From: Candidatus Eiseniibacteriota bacterium
GTDB taxonomy: Bacteria; Orphanbacterota; Orphanbacteria; Orphanbacterales; Orphanbacteraceae
Length of the DNA stretch: 64,000 bases
Direction: 5' to 3'
NCBI GenBank assembly: GCA_016867715.1
Contig: VGIW01000007.1
Span: 717 to 64,716 of the forward strand
The notes below the pieces were generated by a model. It worked only from the letters and a program-made list of their open reading frames with translations. It did no database searches and was not told where the DNA came from. Positions 1-8,688 of this stretch are shown here, one piece after another; positions within the stretch are counted from its first letter, which is position 1, and every line of letters begins with the position of its first letter. Made by a program: the position numbers and the translations under genes.

Positions 1-455
1 GCCGTGCCCGTCGCGGGCTTTCTCTTTCGCCGCACGGGCCCTGCACCTTCCTCGTGAAACCCGAGCCTCTCGTAGAACCGGCGGAGCTTCTCGCGACCGC
101 GCGCGATCCGAGACTTCACCGCCGGCACGGAGGCTCGTTGGAGAACCGCGATCTCTTCGACCGGAAAGTCCTCGAGCTCGAAGAGAACAACGGCCTCGCG
201 TGGGAGCGCGGGCAGCCGCGCGAGGGCTCCCGAAACCCGCCGCGCCCGCCGCCGAACGGACCGCTGTTGGGAGGGTTCACGAGTGCCGATGATCTGGAGT
301 GGAGGCCGAGCATGTCTTCTCTGCCATCTCACGTGCAAGTTTTTTCGCACAAACGCGTTGTGGGGATCCCGCGGCGGCTCGGCGATCCCTGCCGGCGGGC
401 ACGCGGATTGCGGACCTGCCGGGGAGAGGGGTGACCGTGAGGCGGAAGAAGACAT
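1..455 (-). CDS. Possible ECF sigma-70 family factor. Only a C-terminal region-4 helix-turn-helix is recognisable; the 3' end runs off the window and no region 2 is found upstream, so possibly frameshifted or a pseudogene.
   Basis: Minus-strand translation of about 61-230 gives ALARLPALPREAVVLFELEDFPVEEIAVLQRASVPAVKSRIARGREKLRRFYERLG, a classic sigma-4 (VKSRIARGREKL) motif. The frame is open to position 1. Upstream in the same frame is only Arg/Pro-rich low-complexity sequence back to an ATG near 455. This frame is not in the ORF track because no stop lies inside the window. Confidence 0.3.
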   Translation of the reverse strand, partial: MSSSASRSPLSPAGPQSACPPAGIAEPPRDPHNAFVRKNLHVRWQRRHARPPLQIIGTREPSQQRSVRRRARRVSGALARLPALPREAVVLFELEDFPVEEIAVLQRASVPAVKSRIARGREKLRRFYERLGFHEEGAGPVRRKRKPATGT

Positions 456-927
456 CCCAGCGCCTCTTGGAGATGATCCAGGGGCCGGAGGTTCGCGCGG
501 CGCTCCCGCTCGCCGTGCGGACGTTTGCGCTCGTCGCGGTCGGCATCGTGTCCGCCAGAGGTTTCCTCGCCGTCTTTCGCCGGGTTCTCGTCTCGCTTCT
601 CGGGTCGGGTCTTCCCTAAGCGCAGTCCGCTAGAAGCTTCTCTGTTGGTTTTTCGGCCGGCAACGTGAGACGCCCTCTTGCGCCGGGCGCACGTCATGCC
701 GCCGGTTCGGCAGGGCCGGGCGTGCTCCCGACCGCGCCGTCGACGGATGGACGCCGAGCCGTGTCCCCTCCTATTGGTCGCACGCCGATTCCCAAGAAGC
801 CTTGGTTGCTCCATCCACCGGTTCCGCTTATGTTCCGTGCGAGTGAATCGGCAAGTGCGGTCATACGTACCGATGTCCGCTTCAACCAAACGATAGGAAG
901 CGGCTCGTTGCGGAAAGGAGAAACAGG

Positions 928-1431
928 ATGGCCAGGATCGCGTTCAAGGGACAGCCGGTCGAGACGATCGGCACTCTGCCGAAGGTGGGGAGCGCGGCTC
1001 CCGATTTCAAGCTCGTGAAGACCGACCTCTCGGAGGCGTCGCTCGGCGACTTTGCGGGGAAGCGCGTCGTGCTCAACATCTTTCCGAGCCTCGACACGCC
1101 GGTCTGCGCAACGTCGGTCCGGCGTTTCAACCAGGAGGCCGGGAAGCTCGCGAACACGGTCGTGCTCTGCGCGTCGATGGACCTCCCGTTCGCGCACGGG
1201 CGTTTCTGCACGACCGAAGGACTGAAGGACGTGCGCGGCGTCTCGGACTTCCGCTCCGGTTCCTTGGGCAAGAACTACGGCGTGCGAATCACCAGCGGAC
1301 CGCTTGCGGGACTTCTCTCTCGCGCGGTCGTGGTGATCGACGAGAAGGGGAAGGTCGCCCACACCGAGCAGGTGCCGGACATCGTCCAGGAGCCGAACTA
1401 TGACGCGGCGCTCGCGGCGCTCTCGGGTTGA
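928..1431 (+). CDS. tpx: Thiol peroxidase (lipid hydroperoxide peroxidase, Tpx / atypical 2-Cys peroxiredoxin)
   Basis: 167 aa with the Tpx hallmark [17 protein letters not shown] and a second Cys in [26 protein letters not shown] lies 7 nt upstream of the ATG. Confidence 0.9.
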   Translation: MARIAFKGQPVETIGTLPKVGSAAPDFKLVKTDLSEASLGDFAGKRVVLNIFPSLDTPVCATSVRRFNQEAGKLANTVVLCASMDLPFAHGRFCTTEGLKDVRGVSDFRSGSLGKNYGVRITSGPLAGLLSRAVVVIDEKGKVAHTEQVPDIVQEPNYDAALAALSG

Positions 1432-1649
1432 TTCTCTCCCGGACTTCCCGGCGGTGTTCCCGCGGAATGCCTTGATCGGCGGGGTGGCCCCCTCCATCCC
1501 GCCGATGAGTCCGTTTCCGAGAAGACCGCAACCACTTGTTGCGCAATAGAATACGACACGCGCCCCTCTCGCGCCTTCGGCCCGCGCGGGCACCCGGTTC
1601 CAACCTGTACCCTCCGCCTCGTCGGTTGCGGAGCCCACGCACGCCGGCC

Positions 1650-1679
1650 TTGAGTGAAGAGAGGCGGTTGCGGTACAAT
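1650..1679 (+). promoter_or_regulatory. Candidate sigma-70-type promoter (TTGAGT, 18 nt spacer, TACAAT) upstream of the subtilase gene
   Basis: Seen by eye in the 317-nt tpx-protease intergenic region, giving a roughly 60-nt 5' UTR. An AT-rich hexamer is rare in this GC-rich context. Confidence 0.3.
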
Positions 1680-1747
1680 AAGCCTCGAAGCTCGCTCCCT
1701 TCCCGCCGTGTTCCGGACAAAGGCCCGCCCGGGGCCGAAAGGAGATC

Positions 1748-4660
1748 GTGGTGCGACTTGCCACCGTTCTCGCGACCGCTCTTCTTGCGCTCTCCGTTCT
1801 TGCCGCGCAAGCGGGGACCATCCACCCGATGCTTGAGGCGCGAATGGATGTTCTCCGCGACGGAGAGCCGATCAGCGTTCTCGTTCACATGACCGAACAG
1901 GCGCCGATCGCCGAGCTGAACCAGCACCTCAAGACCGAGCGGTCGACGATGGCCGAGAGGCATCGGCGCGTGATCGAGGCGCTCAAGACCGCCGCCAAGA
2001 GCCAAGAGCCGCTCGCCGCGCAGCTCGAGTCCTCGAAGGGAATCGGCGGCGTGGTCGGCTACACGCCCTACTGGATCTCGAACCTCTTCGTCGTGTACGC
2101 CACGAAGGACGCCATCTACGAGATCGCTGCGCGAAGCGACGTGGACTTCGTGGAGCCGAACTTCACCGTGAGCCTGATCAAGCCGGTGGGGACTCCGGAG
2201 CTCGGCTCGAGCGAGGAAACGCCGGCTCTGCGCGGGATCGGCGTCCCCCCGGGGATCCGGGCCGTGCGCGCGGATCAAGTTTGGTACGAGCTCGGCGTCA
2301 ACGGAAGCGGGCGCCTCATCGGCAGCCTCGACACGGGCGTCGACGGCAACCACCCCGCCCTCGCGAGCCGCTGGCGCGGAACGCACGCGCGGTGGCAGGA
2401 GTGCTGGTTCGACGTGCTCGGCTCGGGCGGGACAACGTTCCCTACGGACACGCACAGCCACGGAACGCACACGACCGGGACGATGACCGGGATGGCGCCG
2501 GACGACACGATCGGGGTCGCGTGGGGCGCCGAGTGGATCGCCTGCAACGCGATCAACCAGGGGGTCGGGAGCGAGTTCGACAACGACATCATCAAGGCGT
2601 TCCAGTGGTTCGCCGACCCGGACAGCAATCCGAACACGATCGACGACGTTCCCGACGTCGTGCAGAACTCGTGGGGGATCAACGAGGGGTTCCCGGGCGG
2701 CTACACCGACTGCGATTCCCGCTGGTGGGCGGTGATCGACAACTGCGAAGCGGCGGGAGTGGCGACGATCTGGTCCGCCGGCAACGAGGGATCGGGCGCG
2801 CAGACCCTTCGCTCGCCCGCCGACCGCGCGACCACGCTGACCAACGCTTTCTCGGTCGGCGCGGTGAACGCGACGAACTACTCGTGGCCGTATCCGATCG
2901 CGGGCTTCTCGAGCCGCGGGCCGACCGGTTGCACCGTCCCCGCCGATCGCAAGATCAAGCCGGAGGTCGTGGCGCCCGGCGTCAGCGTCTACTCGTCGGT
3001 TCCGGGCGGCGGCTACCAGCAGAGCGGATGGGACGGGACCTCGATGTCGGGGCCGCACGTCGCGGGAACCATCGCGTTGATGCGCCAGGCGAACCCGAAC
3101 CTTGACGTCGATACGATGAAGATGATCCTTATGCAGACCGCAAGGGACGAGGGGACCGCGGGCGAGGACAACACGTACGGGCACGGGTTCATCGACGCGT
3201 ATGCGGCCGTTCTCGCCGCGGTGGAAGGATACGGGCGGATCGAGGGGGTCGTGACGAACGGAAGCTACGGCAACGGTCCGCTTCCGGGCGCCGAGGTCGT
3301 GCTCGATGGGACCGGCTACCGCTGGCTGACCGCGGCGAACGGCTCCTACGGCGGCTTCGCGGAGGAGGGAACCTACACGGCCCGGGCGTCCCTCGCGGGG
3401 TTCGCTCCGCTTGAGATCCTCGTCGAGATCGTTTCCAACGACACCACGGTTCAGAACTTCGCTCTGACCGACATCGCGGGCCCCGCGATCACCGAGGTCT
3501 CCGAGCCGTTCGCGACCACCGACGAAACGGGACCCTACGCGATCGGCGCGAACGTCGAAGACTACAGCACCGTGGCCTCGGCGAGCCTCTTCTATCGGGT
3601 GGCCGGCGGTTCGTGGGTCGAGGTTCCGATGACGCGCGGCCGCGCGCTCTACGAGGGATCGATTCCCGGCGCACCCGCGAACACCCAGATCGATTACTAC
3701 GTGTGGGCGGAGGACGGCATCGGGCTCTCTTCCGTGAACCCGTCCGGAGCGCCGGCGGCCTTCTACTCGCTCTTCATCACCGAAACGATGTACGCGCACA
3801 ACGCGGAAGATCCGGGCGACGCGAACTGGATGCTCGGAATGCCGGGGGACGCGGCGACCACCGGGATCTGGGTGCGCGTCGACCCGAACGGAACGTCGTA
3901 CAACAGCGTGCCGATGCAGCCCGAGGACGACCACACGCCGGCGCCGGGCGTGAAGTGCTTCGTCACAGGACAGGGGAGCGTGGGAGGCGGCGCGGGAGAT
4001 GCGGACGTCGACAACGGCTGCACGACCCTTCGGAGCCCGATCTTCGACCTCAGCGACGCGAGCATGGCGTTCGTGCGCTACTGGCGATGGTACGCCGAGG
4101 GAGGGAACTCCACCGACGACCAGTTCGCCGTGGACGTCTCCGACGACGGCGGCACGACGTGGGTCCCGCTCGAGCGCGTCCCGTCGATCGCGAACACGTG
4201 GACGGAGGTAGCGGCGAACGTTTCCGACTTCGTGGATCTCACGCATCAGGTGGTCTTCCGGTTCGTGGCGTGCGATCTCAACACGCAAGGGCTCACCGAG
4301 GCGGCGATCGACGACTTCGCCGTCGAGACCTTCCAGGCGATCGACACGGACGTCGCGGCCGCGGCGGACGGAATCCGCGCGACCGAGCTTTTCGCGAGCC
4401 GTCCGAACCCGTTCCGCGCGGGAGGCGAGGTCTCGATCCGGTTCCAGCTTCCCCGCGCCGAGAATGTCGAGGTGAAGATCTACGACCTCAGCGGGCGCGT
4501 CGTTACGACGCTCGCCGAGGGGCGTTTCGCCGCGGGCGAACACCGTCTCGCTTGGGACGGGCGCGACGCGGACGGCAAGGAAGTCGCTTCAGGTGTGTAC
4601 TTCTATCGCATGAAGAGCGACACGCGGACGGAGAGCCGCCGCCTGACGATCCTGCGGTAG
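1748..4660 (+). CDS. Secreted subtilisin-like serine protease (peptidase S8) with a C-terminal T9SS / FlgD-Ig-like sorting domain
   Basis: 970 aa. The N-terminal signal peptide is MVRLATVLATALLALSVLAAQA. Catalytic motifs are DTGVDGNHP (Asp), HGTHTTGTM (His) and GTSMSGPHVAGT (Ser). The C-terminus ...VKIYDLSGRVVTTLAEGRFAAGEHRLAWDGRDADGKEVASGVYFYRM matches a type-A T9SS CTD. GTG start with RBS AAAGGAG. Confidence 0.9.
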   Translation: MVRLATVLATALLALSVLAAQAGTIHPMLEARMDVLRDGEPISVLVHMTEQAPIAELNQHLKTERSTMAERHRRVIEALKTAAKSQEPLAAQLESSKGIGGVVGYTPYWISNLFVVYATKDAIYEIAARSDVDFVEPNFTVSLIKPVGTPELGSSEETPALRGIGVPPGIRAVRADQVWYELGVNGSGRLIGSLDTGVDGNHPALASRWRGTHARWQECWFDVLGSGGTTFPTDTHSHGTHTTGTMTGMAPDDTIGVAWGAEWIACNAINQGVGSEFDNDIIKAFQWFADPDSNPNTIDDVPDVVQNSWGINEGFPGGYTDCDSRWWAVIDNCEAAGVATIWSAGNEGSGAQTLRSPADRATTLTNAFSVGAVNATNYSWPYPIAGFSSRGPTGCTVPADRKIKPEVVAPGVSVYSSVPGGGYQQSGWDGTSMSGPHVAGTIALMRQANPNLDVDTMKMILMQTARDEGTAGEDNTYGHGFIDAYAAVLAAVEGYGRIEGVVTNGSYGNGPLPGAEVVLDGTGYRWLTAANGSYGGFAEEGTYTARASLAGFAPLEILVEIVSNDTTVQNFALTDIAGPAITEVSEPFATTDETGPYAIGANVEDYSTVASASLFYRVAGGSWVEVPMTRGRALYEGSIPGAPANTQIDYYVWAEDGIGLSSVNPSGAPAAFYSLFITETMYAHNAEDPGDANWMLGMPGDAATTGIWVRVDPNGTSYNSVPMQPEDDHTPAPGVKCFVTGQGSVGGGAGDADVDNGCTTLRSPIFDLSDASMAFVRYWRWYAEGGNSTDDQFAVDVSDDGGTTWVPLERVPSIANTWTEVAANVSDFVDLTHQVVFRFVACDLNTQGLTEAAIDDFAVETFQAIDTDVAAAADGIRATELFASRPNPFRAGGEVSIRFQLPRAENVEVKIYDLSGRVVTTLAEGRFAAGEHRLAWDGRDADGKEVASGVYFYRMKSDTRTESRRLTILR

Positions 4661-4686
4661 ACGATCGCCCGAGCGGAAGAGACGAC

Positions 4687-4722
4687 GCCCGGCCGGAACC
4701 CCTTTCCGGCCGGGCTTTCGTT
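4687..4722 (+). terminator. Rho-independent terminator hairpin after the protease gene
   Basis: GCCCGGCCGGA, 7-nt loop ACCCCTT, TCCGGCCGGGC, followed by TTTCGTT. It lies in the convergent gap between the protease (+) and cyclase (-). Confidence 0.6.
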
Positions 4723-4799
4723 CACCCCAAGCCGATCGAAGCGCGTCGGGTGTTCTCCTCGCAGGGGTGCGGGGCGAGTGCGTGAACCCGCGAGTTTCC

Positions 4800-5687
4800 C
4801 TACCGACGGCTCGCCGAACGGGCGCGGGCCTCTTCGTGAAGCCACTCGTTCAGGGCGCCCGCGACATCGCCGAAGCGGGTGAGCTTCGCTTTCGCCTTCT
4901 TCTTCGTCAGCTCCGCGTGAAGGCCGTCGTCGACGAACGCGAGGATGCGGCAGATGCACGACTCGCCGTCGACGAGGCGCCAAGGGAACGCGCCGATCAC
5001 GGCGCGCCGGTTCAGAAGAAGATCGATGTCGCCGCCGAGGCACTCGGCGTGAACGATCCCGTGATTGAACAGCTCGAGGTGCATGAGCTGGTACTTCGAG
5101 TCGTCGAAGAAGTCGTCGAGCGGCTTGCCGTGCTTCTTCCGAAAATGCGTGTCCGCCTCTTTCGCCTGCCGCGGCATCCAGTTCCGGATGATCGTGTTCA
5201 TCGGGTGGTCGGCGCTCCCGCAGTCGACGCCGAGCCAGCGGAGCTTCTTCGCACGGCACCATTCGGCGAACTCCCGGTCCGGACCCGGGTGCTTCACCAT
5301 GTAACGGATCTCATCCGCCGCCGGCTGGTCCCATCCGAAGTGGTGGTAACCGGTGTGGATGACGAGGATGTCCCCCTCGCGCACCTCGACCCGCTCCTCG
5401 ACCATGCGCGAGGTGTAGACGTCGTAGTCTCCCGCCGCGTCGGAAAGATCGACGACGACCCCTTCATGCATCAGGTAATCGAGATCGAGCGAGGCGATGT
5501 CCTTCCCCGGCGTGTGGAAGTGGATCTCGCCGTCGAGGTGCGTGCCGACGTGGTTCGAGTGGGTGAGGATCTGGCCGTTCGCTCCGTTCGGCGCGAGACG
5601 CTTGAAGTACTTCATTTGAAGCGGCTCGTAGGTGGGCCACGCGGGCGTGCCGATCCCGAGCGGGATGGAGAGATCGATGGGGCGCAT
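4800..5687 (-). CDS. Cyclase-family protein (kynurenine formamidase / isatin hydrolase-like metal-dependent hydrolase, PF04199)
   Basis: The real start is the internal Met, MRPIDLSIPLG..., about 295 aa, with RBS AAGGAGG. The ORF-track entry 4800..7217 carries a spurious Arg-rich N-terminal extension. HxGTHxDxxxH-type motif: HSNHVGTHLDGEIHFH. The ATG overlaps the upstream stop (ATGA-type coupling). Confidence 0.85.
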   Translation of the reverse strand: MRPIDLSIPLGIGTPAWPTYEPLQMKYFKRLAPNGANGQILTHSNHVGTHLDGEIHFHTPGKDIASLDLDYLMHEGVVVDLSDAAGDYDVYTSRMVEERVEVREGDILVIHTGYHHFGWDQPAADEIRYMVKHPGPDREFAEWCRAKKLRWLGVDCGSADHPMNTIIRNWMPRQAKEADTHFRKKHGKPLDDFFDDSKYQLMHLELFNHGIVHAECLGGDIDLLLNRRAVIGAFPWRLVDGESCICRILAFVDDGLHAELTKKKAKAKLTRFGDVAGALNEWLHEEARARSASRR

Positions 5688-7153
5688 CAGGACCTCCTTG
5701 TTTCTTCTCTTCGCGCCGCGCAATGCTCGGCGAACGCGAGGAGGGCGTCGTGAAAGCACTTCCAAGGCGGGCGCACGAGCCCCGCGCCGACCTGCCCGAT
5801 GCCCGGTTCCCGGTGGGCGATGCCCGTGTTGATCGTCGGGAGGAGGTTTCGTTCCTCGACCTTTCGAATGTCGATGCCGACCGGCGTTCCCGCGAAGCCG
5901 AGCGCGGGGATCGCGAAGGCGCCGTTCGCGCCGATCGCGATTCGGCGCATCGCGCGCGTCGTTTGAAGAGCGTCTTCGGCCGATCCGCCGACGAACTGAA
6001 CGATCGCCGGAGCGGCCGCCATCGCGAAGCCGCCGAACCCCGCCGTCTCGGTGATCGAGGAATCGCCGATGTCCGCGTTCGCGTCCCCCTCTCCGAAGCC
6101 GGGGAAGTAGAGGCCGCGGACCGTCTCGGCGGGCGCGGTGAACCAGCGCCCGGGCATCGAGGCGAGCCGGATCCCAAAGTCGGTTCCGTTCCTCGCCATC
6201 ACCGAGACCATCGACGACAGCGTTTCCCCCTCCGCCGCGAGGAGCATGCACTTCGCCGCCGGCATCGAAAGGTTCAGGAAGAAATGATCGTTTCCGTGGA
6301 TGAACGCGAGGGCGCGCGCGGCTCTCTCCCGGTCCGCGGCCGCGCGCACGATCGCGGGGGCAAGCTCCCGGAAGAGAAGCGAGGTGGCGGCGCGGTTCCG
6401 GTTGTGTCCCTCGTCCCCCATCTGGAGGGCTTGCGCGAGGAGAGCCTTGAGGTCGATCGGACCGCGCGCGGCGAGCGCGTCCGCGAGAAGCGGCGCGAGA
6501 TCGTCGGATAGATATCGCAGCCGCGCGATCACATCCTCGGAGAACGCGCCGTAGCGGAGGACCTTCCCGAGCCCCTCGTTCAGCGTGGAGAAGGCGCGGT
6601 TTCCGCGGCCCGCTCCTTCCCCGTCCTCGACGATCCAGACCGGCATCGACGGCGTGACGAGACCGGCCATCGGTCCGACCGCTCGGTGTTCGTGGCACGG
6701 CTCGAAGCGAACGCCTCCCGCCGCGGCGATCCTCTCCGCTTCTGCCGCGCTCTTCGCTCGGCGCTCGAAGAGGAGGCCGCCGATCACCGCGCCCCGCATC
6801 GGGCCGCACATCCGCTCCCACGCGACGGGCGGACCGGCATGAAGAAAGAGATCGTCGGCCATGCCGGGGATCGTCTCTCTCGCGACGCCGATCCCGACGA
6901 GGCGGGGGCGGCTTTCGAGAAGACGCGCGAGCGCGCGTTCGTTCGCCGCGTCGATCGCGGGGCCGAGGGGTTCGGAGAGAAGCGCGCGGAGAGCGGCGAT
7001 GCGCGCGGCGTCGCCTCCGGCGGGGGGGAGGAAGGGGACCCGCGCGACCCTCGCGCCGGACGCCTCGGGCGCGCGCGCGACGCTGTCGATCCCGAGATGG
7101 ACGACCTCGATCGGACCGGCAAGAAGCGCGCGCGACGCGGCACGATCGTTCAT
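5687..7153 (-). CDS. DUF1116-family protein (YlbE / AllG-like, partner subunit of FdrA-type enzymes)
   Basis: 488 aa from MNDRAASRALLAGPIEV... with RBS AAGGAGG. It is directly coupled to fdrA upstream (stop/start overlap) and to the cyclase downstream. The call rests on gene context and overall composition matching the E. coli ylbE family. Confidence 0.75.
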   Translation of the reverse strand: MNDRAASRALLAGPIEVVHLGIDSVARAPEASGARVARVPFLPPAGGDAARIAALRALLSEPLGPAIDAANERALARLLESRPRLVGIGVARETIPGMADDLFLHAGPPVAWERMCGPMRGAVIGGLLFERRAKSAAEAERIAAAGGVRFEPCHEHRAVGPMAGLVTPSMPVWIVEDGEGAGRGNRAFSTLNEGLGKVLRYGAFSEDVIARLRYLSDDLAPLLADALAARGPIDLKALLAQALQMGDEGHNRNRAATSLLFRELAPAIVRAAADRERAARALAFIHGNDHFFLNLSMPAAKCMLLAAEGETLSSMVSVMARNGTDFGIRLASMPGRWFTAPAETVRGLYFPGFGEGDANADIGDSSITETAGFGGFAMAAAPAIVQFVGGSAEDALQTTRAMRRIAIGANGAFAIPALGFAGTPVGIDIRKVEERNLLPTINTGIAHREPGIGQVGAGLVRPPWKCFHDALLAFAEHCAARREETRRS

Positions 7154-8688
7154 GGGCGCCCGCCTCCTTGCAGAAGCTCCGCGGCCGCGCGGGCCGCGCG
7201 CGCCGCGCTCGCCGCAACGAGAACGCCGGCTTCGCGGAGAACCCTCTCCTGACGGTCTCGGTCCTGCGGATCGTCCGCCGCGCCGGCGACCGAAGAGACG
7301 ATCTCGAGTCGCGCTCCCTTTCTCGCGGCGCGCGCCTTCTCGATCGCCGCGGCGATCTCCGGAGCCGGATCCGGATGCGCTCCGTCGCCGAGAACGAGAT
7401 CGAGAAGAAGAAGGCCGATCGACGGATCGGCTCCCGCGCTTCGGATGAGATCGCAGCGGACGGTCGGGTCGATCATCGGGTGCGGCTTCCCGATCGTGTA
7501 GAAGTCTTCCCCGAGGTCGACGAGGAGATGCTCCGTCCCCTCGATCGGCCGCCCCGCGGGGAGCGGATGATTCGGCGTCCTCGCCTCGATTCCGCGGAGG
7601 GCGAGCGCGTGCTTCGCCTCCGCCGCAAGGGACCCGCCGCCGAAGAGCCCGAGAAGCCGCCCGCGGACCGGGTCCTTCTCCCGAAGAGCCGCTTCGAGCG
7701 ATCGGTCCGATTCCTCGAGGAAGGCGCTTGCGTCCGCCGCGCGAGACGCATACGCCGCCGCCGCGGCCGCCGCTTCGTCGATCGAGCCCGCGTACACCAC
7801 TCCTTCCTCGGGAGGCCGCCCTGCTTCTCCGAGGAGGCGGACGATGCACGGCTTCCCGATCCCGGCGAGAAGACCGTGAAGGCGCCTGGCGACCTCGAGG
7901 TCCGGGTTCTTCGCGATGAGAAGAATGACCTCGGTCGCCGCGTCCTCCGCGAGAAGGCGGAGGCCGAGCTCCGCGGTGCGTCCGTTCACCGCCCTCGAGA
8001 GATCGCGCCCTCCGGTTCCGATCGCGTGCGAGATCCCGACCCCCATCCGGTCGAGGAGACAACTCGCCTCCTGGATGCCGGTCCCGGACGCGCCGACGAT
8101 GCCGATCGGACCTCGGCGCACGCGGTTCGCGAACCCGAGACCGACGCGCGCGAGGATCGCGGTCCCGCAGTCGGGTCCCATGAGAAGAAGCCCGAGGCGC
8201 CGCGCGCGATCCTTGAGCTCAATTTCATCCTCGAGCGAAACATTGTCGCTGAAAAGAAAGACGTGGCGTTTCTCGTCGAGCGCGCGGTGCGCGACGAACG
8301 CCGCGTACGCGCCCGGCACCGCGATCGACACGAGGTTTGCGGCCGGCCGATCGGCGAGCGCCTCGGAGAGGCTCCCCGGAGCGGCCTCTCCCACGGGCGT
8401 CGCCGCCTCGGAGGCTTCCCCTCGGAGCGTCGCGTCGAGCGCCTCCTCCGCCGCCTCGAGGTCCGTCTCCCGTTCGCCCCGAAGCGCGGCGACGAGGTCG
8501 AGCGGCGTGATCTCCGCCTCTCGGCCCAAGCGGAAACCCGCGCGCGCAAGAAGATCGATGTTCATCGGCGTCCCCATCAGAACCTCGGCCTCGCGGATGC
8601 CGGGAATGGACTTCAAGGCATGCGCCGCCGCCATGAGCCGCGCGGAGTCGTGATAGGCCCCCTTCCGGATCAGCACGCGCTCGGTCAT
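7150..8688 (-). CDS. fdrA: FdrA-family protein (acyl-CoA-synthetase / succinyl-CoA-synthetase-like NAD(P)-binding fold; oxamate carbamoyltransferase large-subunit-like)
   Basis: 512 aa. The N-terminus MTERVLIRKGAYHDSARLMAAAHALKSIPGIREAEVLMGTPMNIDLLARAGF closely mirrors E. coli FdrA (MIHAFIKKGCFQDSVSLMIISRKL...VMMGTP.N). The CoA-ligase-like motif GIVGASGTG is present. The ORF-track entry has a junk N-terminal extension. Confidence 0.85.
   Translation of the reverse strand: MTERVLIRKGAYHDSARLMAAAHALKSIPGIREAEVLMGTPMNIDLLARAGFRLGREAEITPLDLVAALRGERETDLEAAEEALDATLRGEASEAATPVGEAAPGSLSEALADRPAANLVSIAVPGAYAAFVAHRALDEKRHVFLFSDNVSLEDEIELKDRARRLGLLLMGPDCGTAILARVGLGFANRVRRGPIGIVGASGTGIQEASCLLDRMGVGISHAIGTGGRDLSRAVNGRTAELGLRLLAEDAATEVILLIAKNPDLEVARRLHGLLAGIGKPCIVRLLGEAGRPPEEGVVYAGSIDEAAAAAAAYASRAADASAFLEESDRSLEAALREKDPVRGRLLGLFGGGSLAAEAKHALALRGIEARTPNHPLPAGRPIEGTEHLLVDLGEDFYTIGKPHPMIDPTVRCDLIRSAGADPSIGLLLLDLVLGDGAHPDPAPEIAAAIEKARAARKGARLEIVSSVAGAADDPQDRDRQERVLREAGVLVAASAARAARAAAELLQGGGRP

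Noticed and set aside
1289-4543. 1084-aa minus-strand ORF antisense to the subtilase gene. Others of the same kind are 18275..21037 (-), 25074..27440 (-), 10094..12460 (+), 35584..37947 (+), 54480..58043 (+), 62145..63803 (-) and 45035..46291 (-).
   Set aside because: These are extremely Arg/Pro/Gly/Asp-rich low-complexity translations typical of the non-coding frames of 70% GC DNA. Each lies opposite or out of frame to a gene with clear family motifs, and none has a recognisable domain.
4800-7217. 805-aa ORF-track call merging the cyclase gene with a long upstream extension. Similar 5' extensions occur on the XDH Mo subunit (to 12247), the 2Fe-2S subunit (to 13164), fdrA (to 9477), SPFH (to 31382), dGTPase (to 33881), thiD (from 31089), the transketolase-family gene (from 16613), coxC (to 54562), coxC' (to 53604), coxIV (to 54329) and actD (to 61159).
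   Set aside because: The extensions are low-complexity and overlap the upstream gene in another frame. Internal Met or alternative starts with good RBS and stop/start overlaps give proteins of the expected family length.
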